Assembly: GCA_047967505.1 (NCBI GenBank)
Contig: CM106538.1
Direction: 5' to 3' (one strand)
Length of the DNA stretch: 64,000 nucleotides
DNA from: Dipteris shenzhenensis
Taxonomy: Eukaryota
Shown: piece by piece, positions 50,701 through 64,000 of the stretch
Layout: each line of letters begins with the position of its first letter
Position numbering within the stretch: position 1 is the first letter of the stretch
The notes under the pieces: generated by a model
The model's database searches: none
What the model was told of the DNA's origin: nothing
What the model saw: the letters and a program-made list of their open reading frames with translations, nothing else
Made by a program: the position numbers and the translations under genes

Positions 50701-51339
50701 TGAATGGCTTAAGAGAGTGACATCTAAGAATCTACCTTGCTATGGTTAATGATATTTTTCATCTTGTATGTGATGATATGGCTCAAGAGAGTGACATCTA
50801 GGTGTCTACCTTACTATGGGCATAGTTTGTTGGTGCTATATGGTAGCACAATATGGACATGCCAAGCTGGGATTACCTTTTTCGTGTTGTATTAGTTGTA
50901 GTGGACATGCAGAACATGATACGGACATCCCATGTTTCGATTACTTTAGATTACTGGTCGTGGTGCATGTAATTCAATTGTGCGTGTTTGGTGTGCTATG
51001 AACATAGTTTTCTTGTGCTATACATCCATGAGATCATGATATGGACATGTAGCGTTTGGATTGCTTTTTTCATTATACATGTTAGTCATGGTGCATATGG
51101 CTACTACATGATATCTTATTATGAACATGCTAAGTTTTTTGTGCTACATATGCTTTTACAACATGCTATATTTATAATACTTATTCTTGATAAAGCTAGT
51201 CTATATTACTATTTGGATTACTATATCCCTTGTATGCAATTCTATCTTTGTGATCATGAACAGCTGGTAATCTTTGTGAAACCTTGTACTCTTTTCCTTG
51301 AAAAGGGTGTGTAAAATCTACTAGGAAGTAAGCCTAAAA

Positions 51340-53530
51340 CTCTAAGATCATGGGTTTCGACTTAGAAAAAAATCATATCTCATATCCTACAAGGAACCCT
51401 CTACAATAGAATGTATAAGATATCCAATATGAATCATGCACCTTGTTACCTTTCTTCCGTCTATGTCATTTGGATAACAAATGTACATTTTACATGGGCA
51501 AGATGGTATGAAATGTGGACTTTCTTGACAATGGAAACATTGCAAGTTCCAAAATATTTTTTTACCTTGGCCATTATAACCACCTTGAAAAGAGGACCCT
51601 TGCATTAACGATCATTTTCCACACTAGTTCGAACAAAGAAAGGACATATCTTATTATTGCACACCAAATGACCTCCACACGTACTTAATCTCACAAGACC
51701 ATGAAATGTTGAAATAGGACTTGCCACCTCCTCATTCCAAACATGGCCATCAAATTTAAGCTCCATTTCTTTTGTCGATATTTCCATCATACAAGCTAGG
51801 AAGCTCTATCACATTTTAGAAACCATTTGAAAAGCAGAATATAATGTGCTTTTAGAAGGTAATCCTCTAATCAAATCAATCACACTCATGAAAGAATTTT
51901 CTTTAGCAAAATCTTCAATAGCATACAATGTGCTTTTTGAAGGTAATCCTTTGATCAAATCAATCACACTAGTCACTTTAAATTTATGCCCGAATTGAAC
52001 ATCTAAGATGAATTCTCTCTCACCCCCCCTCAAATAGAGAAACCTCAAATGAAATGTCTTCATTGGATTCAAAAAAGAATTGGTGGAGTCTTCGAATCTC
52101 AAGTAAGTAGAAATCTCTCTACCCCTAATAATATAGACACCATTCTAGGTGGGATTTCTTAAAATTTTCAAATATCTTTCGTCCTCTAGTATAGCAACAT
52201 TGTGTGGTTCAAACGAAGAGCCCTCCATAGAAACACAATGAAATACTCCAACTTGAATTGAGTATGGTGCTCACATTACCACTTTGGCCATTTCATGATA
52301 GTTTTAAAGAAAATTACCTCGCAATGTCGTGCACATCACAAGGGTCTTCATCGGTTACAAGTTTTCTAATCCAAATCTTGCGAAGTGCCTCTGTTTTGGT
52401 TGAGATGTCACTGGATGCCTCTATATTTGTAAGTTTCTACTTCCTTGTCCAATCGTTGATCAAAAGGTTTGAGAATGTGGTATGCAAAATCTTCCACCCT
52501 TGAGTTTCTATGAGGCAGAAATATTAATGCCCATGATGTTCACTGTCGCGCCTCACTTTGACACTATGACATAATGTAGAGTTGGTTGGAAGCAAATAAA
52601 TTGGAAGATCTATTTTAGAAAAATGTGTGGTATTCAAAGCTTTGAGATGCTTAGCTCAATCCTACAGGTGTTTCACAATAGGAAGAGTGACTATGCATTT
52701 TAGTCTGAACAAGAGAATTTCGATCCCCCTCTTAAGAAACAAAGGGGCATGCTAACTATTAGTTCTTACTATGCCTTCCTCTCTTCTAATTGCCATACAT
52801 GATGCACAATGGAATCGTTTGCGATTTTACTTCATAGGGCCTCAAACCTAGGCATCAAGCTATGAGGCAGCTATGTCAGCAACCATAAATTATCCATAAG
52901 TGTTTCCAAACCCCTCTTTATTACCACACTCCCAAGATAGTAAAACTTTACTGAACCTAGTTTTGTGTAGGGTATCTTTATTCTACTTACAACTTATTGG
53001 TTGGTAGTTATTGGAATCGTTGTGATTTTGCTTCACAGGACCTCAAACCAAGGTCAAACTATGAAGTAGCTATGTCGATAGCCATAAAGTGTCCAAAAAG
53101 AGTTACCAAAGCCATCTTTATTGCAATGCTCCCAAGGTAGTAGAATCTTTACTATACCTCTAGTAGATTTGAGAAAGGTATCTTTATTCTACTTTTACAA
53201 CTTACCGGTTAGTAGTTGTTAGTTGTGTTAGAACTTAGTAGACTACTTAGAAGTTAGTACTAACTACGTTCTATTAGCTATAGTCTAGTACCTTTATTCT
53301 ACTTACAAGTTATCAGTTAGTAGTTGTTAGTTGAATTGAAACTTAGTAGACTACTTAGATATTAGTACTAACTAGTAACTACTAAGTAGTTGTGTCTTTT
53401 AGCTACAATCTAGTAACTACCAACTAGTAACTAGTAGCTACTAAAACTAGTTATAAATATTGACTATAGCCTACTAGCTTCTAAGTACTTATACAGGACG
53501 ATGGTGAATCACTACAAGTTTGGACCTTGG
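51340..53530 (-). mobile_element. Second GCM-like/MULE transposon relic
   Basis: KFDGHVW...VRLSTCGGHLVCNNKICPFF...CFHC...CPCKMY...TRCMIHIGY. Colinear with the 40200-46990 copy. Confidence 0.6.
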
Positions 53531-54959
53531 TACATGAACGTTATGGGGAAATAAGGCAAGCACATGAAAACCTTAGCATATTTGCCAGGCTAGGAGAGCG
53601 TGGAGACGACCTCTTATTTTGTGATCCTTTTTTTGGGGGGTAAAAGAGAAAAATCTATTAATAGAAAGTTAAAAAATGCAATAAAAAAAGCAGAGTAGGT
53701 AAATAACTCACCACTTAAGAACTGCTCCCAGATGCCCAAAGCATTCTCTAGATGTACCAAAATACTTTAGGAATCTTCACGAGATCATTCAAAATTCTTT
53801 CTTCAAGGGATTGCCTTCTCCACCCCTTTTTGAAAATCACCTCATTTTTGAATTGCAAAAAATGCATTAATACCATCCTTGAATCAAGTGCCAATGACGA
53901 TACAACATGTCATTTAATTTTCCTTTTATCTCTGAAAATTCCCAATGTAGCTTTTTCTGATTCCCAAACACTTGGGAGCATATTTGGGCAATCGCGAACG
54001 TTGTATTTCACATTGTGCAAACCTTTAGTGCCATACTTGATACAACCGGCAACCTCATCTGGCTCTATAGACTGACCCTAGCTTTGCTGGATTAATTGTT
54101 ATATCAATTTTGAAATCGATTCATTCACTCCTCCGATTTTGAAGCAAGAACTTTGTAAATGGCCAAAGCACAAAGTTTGGGCACACATGTCAACCAGATG
54201 CAATTTATTTTAAAGCAGTTGCATGCATGTGGTTTGAGGGTGGACGATCAAGATGCCAAAGCAATCTTACTTTCTACTTTACCTCACAATAGGTAGACCT
54301 AGTTAAAATACTATGGGTAGATTCAAAGATTTTGTACTTTGATGACATCGTTTCACTATTCTTCAATGAAGAATGTTGGTTTGAACTATAACTTGGAGGA
54401 GACCTAGCATATGCAATAAAACATGAAGAGAACTTGCAAAGAAAGAATAGCAAGAGCAAACTCGTGTGTCAAGATTGTAAAAATGAATATCACATAGCAA
54501 AGCTTTGCTACAAGAAGCCTAGGATGCGCAATGCAAAGAACAAAGTCATGCCTAGTTGAAGAAGTGTGCACAGTGGCAAATTCATAGGCTTGGTGGTTAT
54601 TGCAAATGAATCTTTGGATGATAGAGATTGCAATTTTTAAAAATTTCAAATGATATCCCATTTTTTGTAATGGCATTGCTCTATGTGCATGGTCAAATCT
54701 TACAGTTAGCCTTTAGCCCTATGTGGGTGGTTGGATCTTAAAGTTGGCCTTGCCTTGTGTGGGTGGTCAAATTTTTTATTGTCTGGCCTTGCCCTATGTG
54801 GGTGGTCTGAGATTTCATATTTTGGAGCTTTACCCTACGTGGGTAGTTTCAATTACCTAGTCATATCTGGATACTCTTTCTGATGGCAAGAAAGGAATTC
54901 GAGGTGGATCTTTAATAGAGATGTTTTATGTGAACTGTGATGTATGGTTTTTGAGTTGG

Positions 54960-55310
54960 ATTCTCCACATGGACAAAAGAAAAATCCCAGGTGAGGATAG
55001 GCTTCCAATTGAGTTTTACTTACAATTTTGTGAAATGGTGCGACCTAATCTTGTGGATCTTTGGGAAGAATCAGCAAAGAATGGATCTTTCTGGGGTAGC
55101 ATAAATATTGGAATGATAAAAATCATCCCTAGAGGGCCTAAAGAGAGCATTGCAAATTCAAGACCTCTTACAAATCCTTGGCTCTCAGACTTAAAAAAAA
55201 GAAGCAAAGATGGACTAGAGAAGACCAACAGGGTTTAATCACAACGGGGTTTAATCATAGGAAAGAATAATTCTTGAGGCCATCATTACTCTTTGGGAGC
55301 ATCTAGAACT
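54960..55310 (+). mobile_element. L1 reverse transcriptase N-terminal fragment
   Basis: KIPGEDRLPIEFY...INIGMIKIIPR...NSRPLT. Confidence 0.75.
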
Positions 55311-55319
55311 AGCAGAGGA

Positions 55320-56400
55320 ACATCTAGAAAGGTGTTGGAGGAATTGAAATCCAAAAGCATTGGGCAAATGAGACCCAAATATATCTAGAAAAGAATGGCC
55401 AAAGATATTATACTAGCGATAGTCCTTCTTAACAATGATGTTCCTAGTATTGAAAGAATGAGTAAGGTAGAACTGTTGACATGTTATTAGCAAAGGTTTC
55501 TCCCTTGCTCGACACAAAGAGGTAAAACACTTTCTCCCACTAATGATTGTGGTTTGAATCCAAAGTGTTGTATTTCCTGAGTATTTATAGGATTTTCAGT
55601 GGAAGAACGATGCTTTGCAGAATCCTAGATGCATGGAAAATAGCTTTGATAAAATTTTCTGGCTAAAGTTAAAGAGCAAATATGATATCTTGCACAGCCT
55701 TGTGTTCCCAAGACAATTGGCATTTTCTTCTCACAATAGGTGCCATGTGTTTAAGATATCAACCCAGGGTCTAGTTTCTGGTGTTGCTCTAGTGAACAAG
55801 ATGCAACCTCGTGGGAAACTTGAGAGGAGCTTGAGAGTTGTTGGGTTCTTTTGATTTTGTGAGAAGCATTCGTGATTGGGAAACAATGGCATGTCATGTT
55901 TACAATCCTTTTATTCAGAAACTTGAAACCATAGCTACATGTTATTTTTAAGGTTGGCGATACTGAGGCTCAAGTGATTTTTTGGATTCTACCTAATAGC
56001 GTGATGGAAAGAGAAGGATATGGGGTGGCAGAGTTTAAGGGCTTCTTGGGTAATGGAGCACAAGAAAATTGGAAGGCAATAAGGACTGTCTTTAATGATG
56101 GTCTAGATAATATTTTAGAAATTAAAGAAGGTCTTTCTTGTGGCAATGAGACGACATTGGAATAATGCTCCTTCAAAATCACCTGTGTTGAGCTGGAGTT
56201 TAAGCCTTTGTGTTCATGGTTGGATGAGAGTCATGTGCTCAAGGAATGGGTAAGTATGGTAGAAACATGGTTGGCTTGGTGGCATGCAAGGGTTTCTCAT
56301 TGGAGTGAATATATGCTCACAGTAAGCTTTGCCTTTCTCTTTGCAATGGACAATTGTGTATAAAGTATGTTTACAAGCATAAAACCAACAAAGAAGATAC
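55320..56400 (+). mobile_element. MULE-like transposase relic
   Basis: LVNKMQP, IFWILPNSVMEREGYGVAEFKGFLGNGAQENWKAIRTVF. 55370-55990 is repeated at about 57993-58575. Confidence 0.55.
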
Positions 56401-57439
56401 ATCCCATGGCATGATACTAACTACAAAATATCTTCTGTAGGATATGGAGAAAGATGAAAGATATCTTGTTCTAATAATTAATTTAGCAGAGTTCGTCCAT
56501 GGTAGTCTTTTGGCTTCAAACAATGGTGTTAAGTATGTTTCACTATCTCATGCATGCACATCAAATTTGATAGGTGCATTATTACATAATACAAGGCATG
56601 CAGAGACAAGCATATTGGAGAGAGACCTTGTGTTGAGAGTTGATGCAAAGGGATAATATGAGATCCATGCATTGCAATAGCAAAAGAGAATTCATAAACT
56701 TAACAAATTATGTGGTTGAGAAGATAGGGGTTGAAAAACCATGTGGATGTGAAATGAGAGGACCTCCAAAAAGAAACGGCCCAAACCCATGACAAATATG
56801 ATTCATGGCAATGACTCACATCACCCATAGTTTCAAAGAGTAAGTCAAGCAAGTCAGAAAGGTCTTCTTTGTCAGGTGGGGTGGGATCTCATGTTTCAAT
56901 TACAAGTGAAGAATGATTGTGTGATGGAGGAATTTGATGTCATCAAACAAAGTGGGTGATCCACCGCACAAACCCTAGTAGCCAAACTAGGTGCCAAGGG
57001 TGCATAGAGGATAGGTGGTAAGTGTCACAAGTTGATAGACTTTAAAGGGAGGTCTAGAATGTCTGATGTCCCTGCCCCTAGATTTTATGAAAGGATAAAC
57101 ACTCCAATTGATGTGGGCACTATCACATGTGGGTAGAGAATGAGTGTTGGCATCACTAACTTTTTGGCTTTTCCTCTATTTTTTAAAAATTTTACTACAA
57201 ATTTGCAATGTATCAAGTAGCCATGTGGGCTATGAGGGCTAAAGGTTGACCATATGTTTTGGATGAAATTTTAGGAAATAAGTGCAACTTATAAGAAATA
57301 TGCGACGTGCTATGTACTTACTTTGCACTTGGGTGTTTTTGGGATTATGTGGTGTGCAAAATCAACGATATGTTTTGTTTTGAAATACTTAAAAGATGTC
57401 CTTCCTAGTTTGATGGTTGCCATTGTGTGGCTTTATGCT

Positions 57440-58580
57440 CGATGTTTGATCCTGATTGATTTGATTAGAGGATTGACTTCTAAAAGCACATTATATGCTG
57501 CTTTTCAAATGGTGCCTTCAATTCAAAATGTGATAGAGCTTCCTAGCTTTCCACCAGCAAATGCAAGTATGAGGACAAAAGCAATGGGACTTAAATTTGA
57601 TGTACATGTTTAGAGTGAGGTGATGACAAGTCGTATTTCGGCAATTGATTGTGTCATGAGATTAAGGAGGTGTGCAGGTCATTTGGTGTGCAACAATAAG
57701 CTAGTTGATCGATCTAGTGTGAAATGATCGTCAATGCAAGGGTCATCTTTTGAAGGTGGTTGATAATGGCTAGCATACATAAGATTTTGAAACTTTGCAA
57801 TGTTTCCATTTTGAAGAAGTCAACATTGCATATCATCTTGCCCATGTAAGATGTACATTTATTATCCAAATGACGGAGATGAAAGAAAGGTAATAAGATG
57901 CATGATTCATATTGGATATCATTTACATTTTGTTGCAAAGGGAACATACAAAAAGGTGCTAGATGAGTTGAAATCTAAAAGTTTTGGGTAGATGAGATCC
58001 AAATATACATAGAAAAGAATAACCAAAGATATTATACTAGAGGCAGTCATTTCTAGCAATGGCATTCCTAGTATTGAATGAATGAGTGAGGTAGAACTTA
58101 ACATGTTATTGGCAAAGGTTTCTCCCTTGTTGGACACAAAGAGGTAAAACACTTTCTCCCACTAATGATTGTGGTTTAACTCCAAAGTACTATATTTTTT
58201 AAGTAAAGCGATATTTTTTTGTAGGATTTCCAAGTGGAAGAAGTAGGATGCTAAAGGCATGGAAAGTGGCTTTGACAAAATTATGTAGGTAAAGATAAAG
58301 AGAAAACATGGTTTGAAGACAATTCACGTTATCTTCTTTCAATAGGTGCCCTGTGTTTAAGATGTAAACCCAAAGTCCAGCATTTGGTGTTTCATGAGTG
58401 ATCAAGATGCAACCTGGAGGCAAACTTGAGAGTTTTTGGGTTTGTTTTTATTTTGCGAAAAGGGAAACAATGGCATGTCATATTTACAATCTTTTATTTA
58501 GGAACTTGAAACCATAGCTACATGTAATTATAAGGTTGAAGATATTGAGGGTCAAGTGAATTTTTTGGAACTCCATCTTC
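57440..58580 (+). mobile_element. Third GCM-like/MULE relic (GCM-like region followed by transposase region)
   Basis: Reverse-orientation homologue of 40200-40514/45534-45680, running directly into the copy of 55370-55990. Confidence 0.6.
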
Positions 58581-58593
58581 AAAAATAGATTTA

Positions 58594-59321
58594 TGTTGGC
58601 AACAGAACTGCCTCTCCCTGTGGACTGCCCCCCCTGCCCACTCCCATCTCTCTTCCCATCCATCTCGCTGTGGTGGACAGCAGCAGTGCCACGCATCAGG
58701 TGTTAGCTCATGATTGGGGGCAAGGTGAGCTCGCAACTCCCCCTCTAGTGCCGCTTTCCATCATAGATCCCAGGCTAGGTTCTTCTCGCCAGCTCGTAGC
58801 CACAGCTCCCAGGCTGTGGCCTATCTACTCGCCAGCTTGCCTCCAAGGGTTGGCTTCTGCTCTTACTCTATGACTCACTCCAAGCCAATAGCACCATGTC
58901 AAGCTGCTCGTCTTCATCAATTCAACCAACAGTTTTGTAGTTTTTTTAGAGTGGTACTTCATCTCATGATCACCTTACTTTAGCCTCTTTCTTTGGGAAT
59001 AGCGAAGTGAACAAGGAGCGAATCTACAGCCAGTCCCATCAGTCCTTGAAGGTGGACAGCAGCTCCTTCGTTTATTTATCTCTCATCCCATATGTTTTCA
59101 AAGGTGGACTCGGCTCCCTGAGAACTAAACCTCTGGGTCCCTTATATAGACTCAGGCCAAACTCAGGCCCCAAGCGCCAAAAATAGCGAAGACCTCTAAC
59201 TGGTTCGTACCCTTACCACTCAACCCGAGAATCAAGCCTGCCTAGCTCTAAGCGTCCCCAGGCTACCTGAGCTAGTCTAGTGTACCCAGTACATGTCGGA
59301 TACCAATCCGTGCACATGACA
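58594..59321 (-). mobile_element. Truncated LTR retrotransposon 5' end (425-bp LTR, PBS-like site, start of internal region)
   Basis: 58897-59321 is bounded by TGTCA...TGACA. On the minus strand it contains CTATATAA and is followed immediately by TGGTGC. Confidence 0.5.
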
Positions 59322-60569
59322 AAAACCCTGAAAAAATCTCGTTCTAGATAGCTGTAGCAAGCAAGCACATTTGATCTTTCCATGACGTGGACAATGGCAA
59401 ATGGCATTCTCTACATAGCGATTTTGTATGCACAAACACTCCAAAGCAAAAAACGTGCACAGGGTGGTAGCATGCAGGCCATCGGAGGATACATCAGCAA
59501 TCATCTATAATGAAAGTATGGCAAACCATGCATTTCGGACCCTACTGCATAGCAGAATAGGCATCCGATTCAACTATCGCGGTCATCAATACCACAGTCT
59601 TACTCTGTACATGACAAAGTTGCTTCTTGATTCCTTACTCCCTCTTCCTAAAGCTCCGGATGTTCTCCTTCATGTCCTCCACTTTTTGCTCACTCTGTGC
59701 AATAGCTTTATCTGAATCCCTCAACATTTGTTGAACCTACGTAAATTCTTGAAAAACATCTTCATGGGCGGTTTCCAAGACTTCCACTCTAGTTTGAAAA
59801 TCTTGCAGGATGACGAATGCTTTTCATAACTATCAAAAGCCATAGCAAGCTTGTGCAAACATCTGTCGTGATCTTGCAGGGTATTGTAGCTTGCTCTTTG
59901 GACTTCCAACAGTGTTTCAAAAAAAAAACCCTCACCGTGGCTGCTACAAATTGCTCCACCACGGTGGCTAAAACTTGTTGCACCATGATGGCAGGAACTT
60001 GCTCTGCCGTGGCTGCTCTCTGCATCCTTCCTGGCCTGGGGAGCTACCTCATTATCTTCTTCACCTTGGCTGCTCTCTGCCCCATCCTTCCTGGCCTCGA
60101 AGCTCTCTCGCAGTTTTGCATCACCTTTCTGATTTTGCATTCTCCCTTTTCAGCTCCTTCATCATCTAGTCTTTTTCAATGTTCAATGCATTCTGCATGT
60201 TACAAAGCCGTTTGTAAAGACCCTCCTTTTTAGCTCTCTAATCTTCAAGGTCCTTTTGCATCTTTTCTAGATCCTTGTCTGCCATGTCCCCGTCATTTCT
60301 CACTTCTTCGAGTCTATCTCAGAACTCCTTCATGCACTTCTCTGCTTCTTCTCTTCTATGCCTTTCCATGTCGATCAATTTTGTAGTGACATCAGCTTGC
60401 TCTTGTGCTTGCAAGGCCCTCGCTTGTGCCTCCTCTACCTTGGCTTCTGCACCTTTCCTGAGACTTTTCTCAAGTTGCACTACCTTTGCTGCATCGGTGG
60501 CTCTCTCTTGTAGAAAAGTCACCTTCTGAGACATCTGCTTCTCATATTGCTCAAAAATTCCCTTTGAGG

Positions 60570-61995
60570 GTATCATACTTTGCACATGCATTAATACAAT
60601 CTATGTTGAGGTGCCGTTGAGGTGCATGCAAAATATTGTGCCCATGGAATATGCTTCAGATGGTCAAATGTGCCACAAACTCCGTTTTTCACCAATTGTT
60701 ATGCACAACTGCGCTAAAAAATAGTATATAAGGTGTAAATTAGAATTCTCTCATACTTGATCAGCACAATGATTTACACATGTTGTAATATAACCTAATT
60801 GGAGGTGCATTGTGCCCATCGGATATGCTTTGGATGGTCAAACGTGCCACAAACTCCATTTTTTACCAAGTGTTATGCACAACTGCTACAAAATAGTATT
60901 TAAGGTGTGTTATTCAAATGCACTCATACCCAATGGGCATGATACTTTGCACGCTCATCAATACAAACTATGTTGAGGTGCATGCAAAATATCATGCCCA
61001 TAGGATATGCTTTGGATGGTCAAACATGTCACAAACTTCATTTTTCACCAAGTGTTAAGCACAACTGCCAAAAAATAGTATTTGAGGTGTATTATTCAAA
61101 TGCACTCATACCCGATGGACACGATTCTTTGCACACATGGTAATATAACCTCATTCAAGACACATGAAAAATAGTGTCCATCGAATATGCTTTGGATGGT
61201 CAAACACACCGCAAACCGCATTTTTCACCGTGTTATGCACAATAGCTAAAGAATAGTATCTGAGGTGTGTTATTCATATGCAATTGTATCCAACATGCAC
61301 GTCAATCCAATCTATATTGAGGTGCATGAAAAGTATCATGCCCATCATATATGCTTTGGATGATCAAAGTCACCACAAATCCCTTTTTTCATCAAGGATT
61401 ATGCACAACCTCCAAAAAATAGTATTTAAGAGGTGTGATTGAACGCGCAAATACCGGATGGGCACAATACTATGCACTTGTATCAATCCAACATATTTTG
61501 AGTCCTGTGAAAAGTATCATGCCCATCGGATATGCTTTGATGGTTAAACTCCCCACCACAAACCCCATTTTTCACCAAGTGTCATGCACAACCTCTAAAA
61601 AACACGCCTTGAGCTTTGTTATTCGAATGCACACATACTTGATGAACACGATACTATGTGTAGGCATCAATACATCATATTTTGAGGCATGTGCAAATTA
61701 TCATGCCCATTAGATATGCTTTGGATTGTCAATATTGCCATAAACCTTGTTTTCCACCAAGTAATATGCACAATCATCAAAAGAAACTATCCAAGGTGTG
61801 TCATTAGAATGCGCTCATACTTGATGGACATGATACTTTACACACATGTGAATCCAGCCTATATTGAGGTGTGTGCAAAGTATCATGCCCATCAAATATG
61901 CTTTGGATGGTCAAACTCGCCACAAACACTGTTATGATATTTTAGGTGTGTCATTTGAATGTGCTCATACTTGATGGGCACGATACTTTGCACAT
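60570..61995. repeat. ~180-bp tandem satellite, about 8 diverged monomers
   Basis: The ATGCTTTGGATGGTCAAA anchor (with variants) recurs at 60651, 60825, 61007, 61187, 61351, 61532, 61716 and 61898. Confidence 0.92.
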
Positions 61996-63085
61996 GTTTT
62001 CTATAAGCTCAAATTTGAAAATTTTAAACATATAGATGACTCAAGATGGCTTATTTTGATCTATTTGGTACTTGGAGGGCTAAATTTGGGTCTCATATGA
62101 GGAAGTTATGTTAATTTTTAGGTTGACAAAAAAAACTTATTAGAAATTTCTCCTCTTTCGCCACCGTAAAGGAAAATTTCAAATTTGAGCTAGCAGTCAT
62201 GGCCATTGGATTGAGAAGGACCATCAAGAGACTAAATTAAAAGTCCACCACGATTGTTGATCATAGAAGATCTGATGACTCACATTCGATGGTGCGCGCA
62301 ACATCAATGGGCAGCAATGGCGGTGGTTGGATTTGGGCCATTAGATCCTATCAAGATCTAATGAAGGAGGTTGACTGGAACTCTAGCCATTATGAGATCA
62401 ACCGCTCCAATTGGGCACCAACCGTGAGCCCAATTGGATTGCAAGCTAAACCCACCATTCCAAGTGGGCGACAGTTGTGGGCCGTCGGGTCTTCCATCCC
62501 ATCTCTCACGTGGCATGGTGGGTAGCTTTGGCCATTATCACCTCCATTTTCTACCATTGGATCCAATTTCTCATCCTATGGACCTAATAACGCAATTGTC
62601 GCGCATCATAGGATTTCCTACGCATTCAAGGCTCTCCAAAGCATGGTAAATGCACACCATAGGATCATGATCACACATCCAATGGCCATAAGAGGCGAAT
62701 TATTAGACACCATTGGATTGGAGCCCTCGAAATTGCCAAAGCATGTATGAATTCCCTTTAAGAGCAACCAAAATCCCTCCAAAATCCGTCTTTACCATGA
62801 GCGCTTTATCCAGAAGTAAGCAATTAATTCATTTTCCTAATCTCTCCCTTATGAGGCCCTTTTTTAGCTCAAAACTCCCATAATGAATTTTCCCAATAAG
62901 ATGTGAATTCCAAAAATACCTTGGACTCCTCTTTTATACATATGCTTTCCTTACTGAACCACCTCCGAGTCTCGCCTATTCAAAGGTTCAGCTAGTGGCA
63001 CTCTTGCACAGGCTCTTTCTTTCCTCCTCCTTTCCTCCTCCTCTCCTCATGGACGCTTTCCTTCCTTCTATCTTTCTTGCTTCAC

Positions 63086-63126
<41 letters not shown>

Positions 63127-63127
63127 T

Positions 63128-64000
63128 GGCATAAAGGGATAAGCATAAATGCCTTCATTCACGATGCAGACATCATCCTTTTAGGAGAAACTTGGGAAAG
63201 TGAAACATGCAGGATCCCAGAGATACCGGGATATGTGGTGCACTCAATATACCAACGGCAAGTGGGGAAAAGAGGGCAAGGAGGTGTTGCACGCATGATA
63301 CAGGAACACATGGCAGAAAAAGTCAGCCTTCATAAAGTGGACAAATACAAAAGATACATGTGGCTGAAGAAAAGAAAATATATTTTGGAAAGAGAGAAAT
63401 CTGATTTGGTCACTTTCATCAAAAATCCAAGAAAGGGCTGGAAACAAGTGAAAGGTAGACGGAAACAGGTCATAGGGGATATATCAGAGGCAACCATGCT
63501 TAATTATGTTACCAAGTTGTACAATCATGCACTTGCTACTGAAATGGGGAAGGAGGATCTATCGGTCACATGCACTAGTCCTTTCACCTTCGAAGACATT
63601 GAAGTTGGACTAAAGAAGATGGCTAATGGCAAAGCATCAGATCACATGAAGATACAGGCAGAATTTGTGAAATGGACAGGAGACCGAGCAAGAACATGGC
63701 TCTCACACATCCTAACACATGCTCTACACCATGGTTTTCCTCAGGAATGGCAAGAAAACTGGGTCCAGCCTTTACACAAAGGTGGAGACAAAAATTCAGT
63801 CACAAATTACAGAACTATAATGGTCAGCTCTACATTGGCCAAGCTCTTCAGTACAGTGCTTGAAATGAAAATCAACTCATGGGCAAAAGAGGCACATAAA
63901 AGAGCCACCGGACAGGCAGGCTTTCGCAAGGAGCACAGGACAGCCGACCACCTTATTACCTTAAGGGTCCTCATGGTGGATGAATGCAGACTGAGAGGAC
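63128..64000 (+). mobile_element. RTE/RTEX-like LINE, internally deleted, running off the window edge
   Basis: Endonuclease start DIILLGETW and GQGGVA, joined to KMANGKASD, QPLHKGGDK, NYRTIMVSSTLAKLF, GQAGFRKEHRTADHLITLR. Preceded by a (CT)n tract. Confidence 0.85.

Noticed and set aside
59721-60591. Coiled-coil-like ORFs as a host gene
   Set aside because: Low complexity, fragmented, no recognisable domain and flanked by repeats. Probably a TE accessory remnant.

Overview
This is eukaryotic, TE-rich nuclear DNA. The PPR motif style and repeat types suggest a seed-free land plant such as a fern or lycophyte (inference). The only long intact ORF is an intronless PLS-class PPR RNA-editing factor (4919-7519, minus), whose terminal PG box is frameshifted away. 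The dominant feature is two diverged, decayed Helentron/HLE2-type rolling-circle transposons (about 8.2-15.8 kb minus and 31-39.1 kb plus). Both carry an intron-containing RPA70-like gene followed by one polyprotein: SANT-like HTH, Zn finger, HUH Rep, PIF1 helicase and APE-type endonuclease. Copy A also has a recognisable N-terminal OTU-like domain, a 1.3-kb internal inversion and a kinase pseudogene directly upstream. Other contents are a mosaic of host-gene fragments (TolB/DPP6-like, ANTH, SufB), an L1 with a 5' inversion, a full-length Ty1/copia with a TSD whose empty site is also in the window, GCM-like/MULE transposase relics, two aspartic protease pseudogene copies, a ~180-bp satellite and an RTE/RTEX-like LINE. 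All domain calls are by-eye motif recognition. No database search was run.
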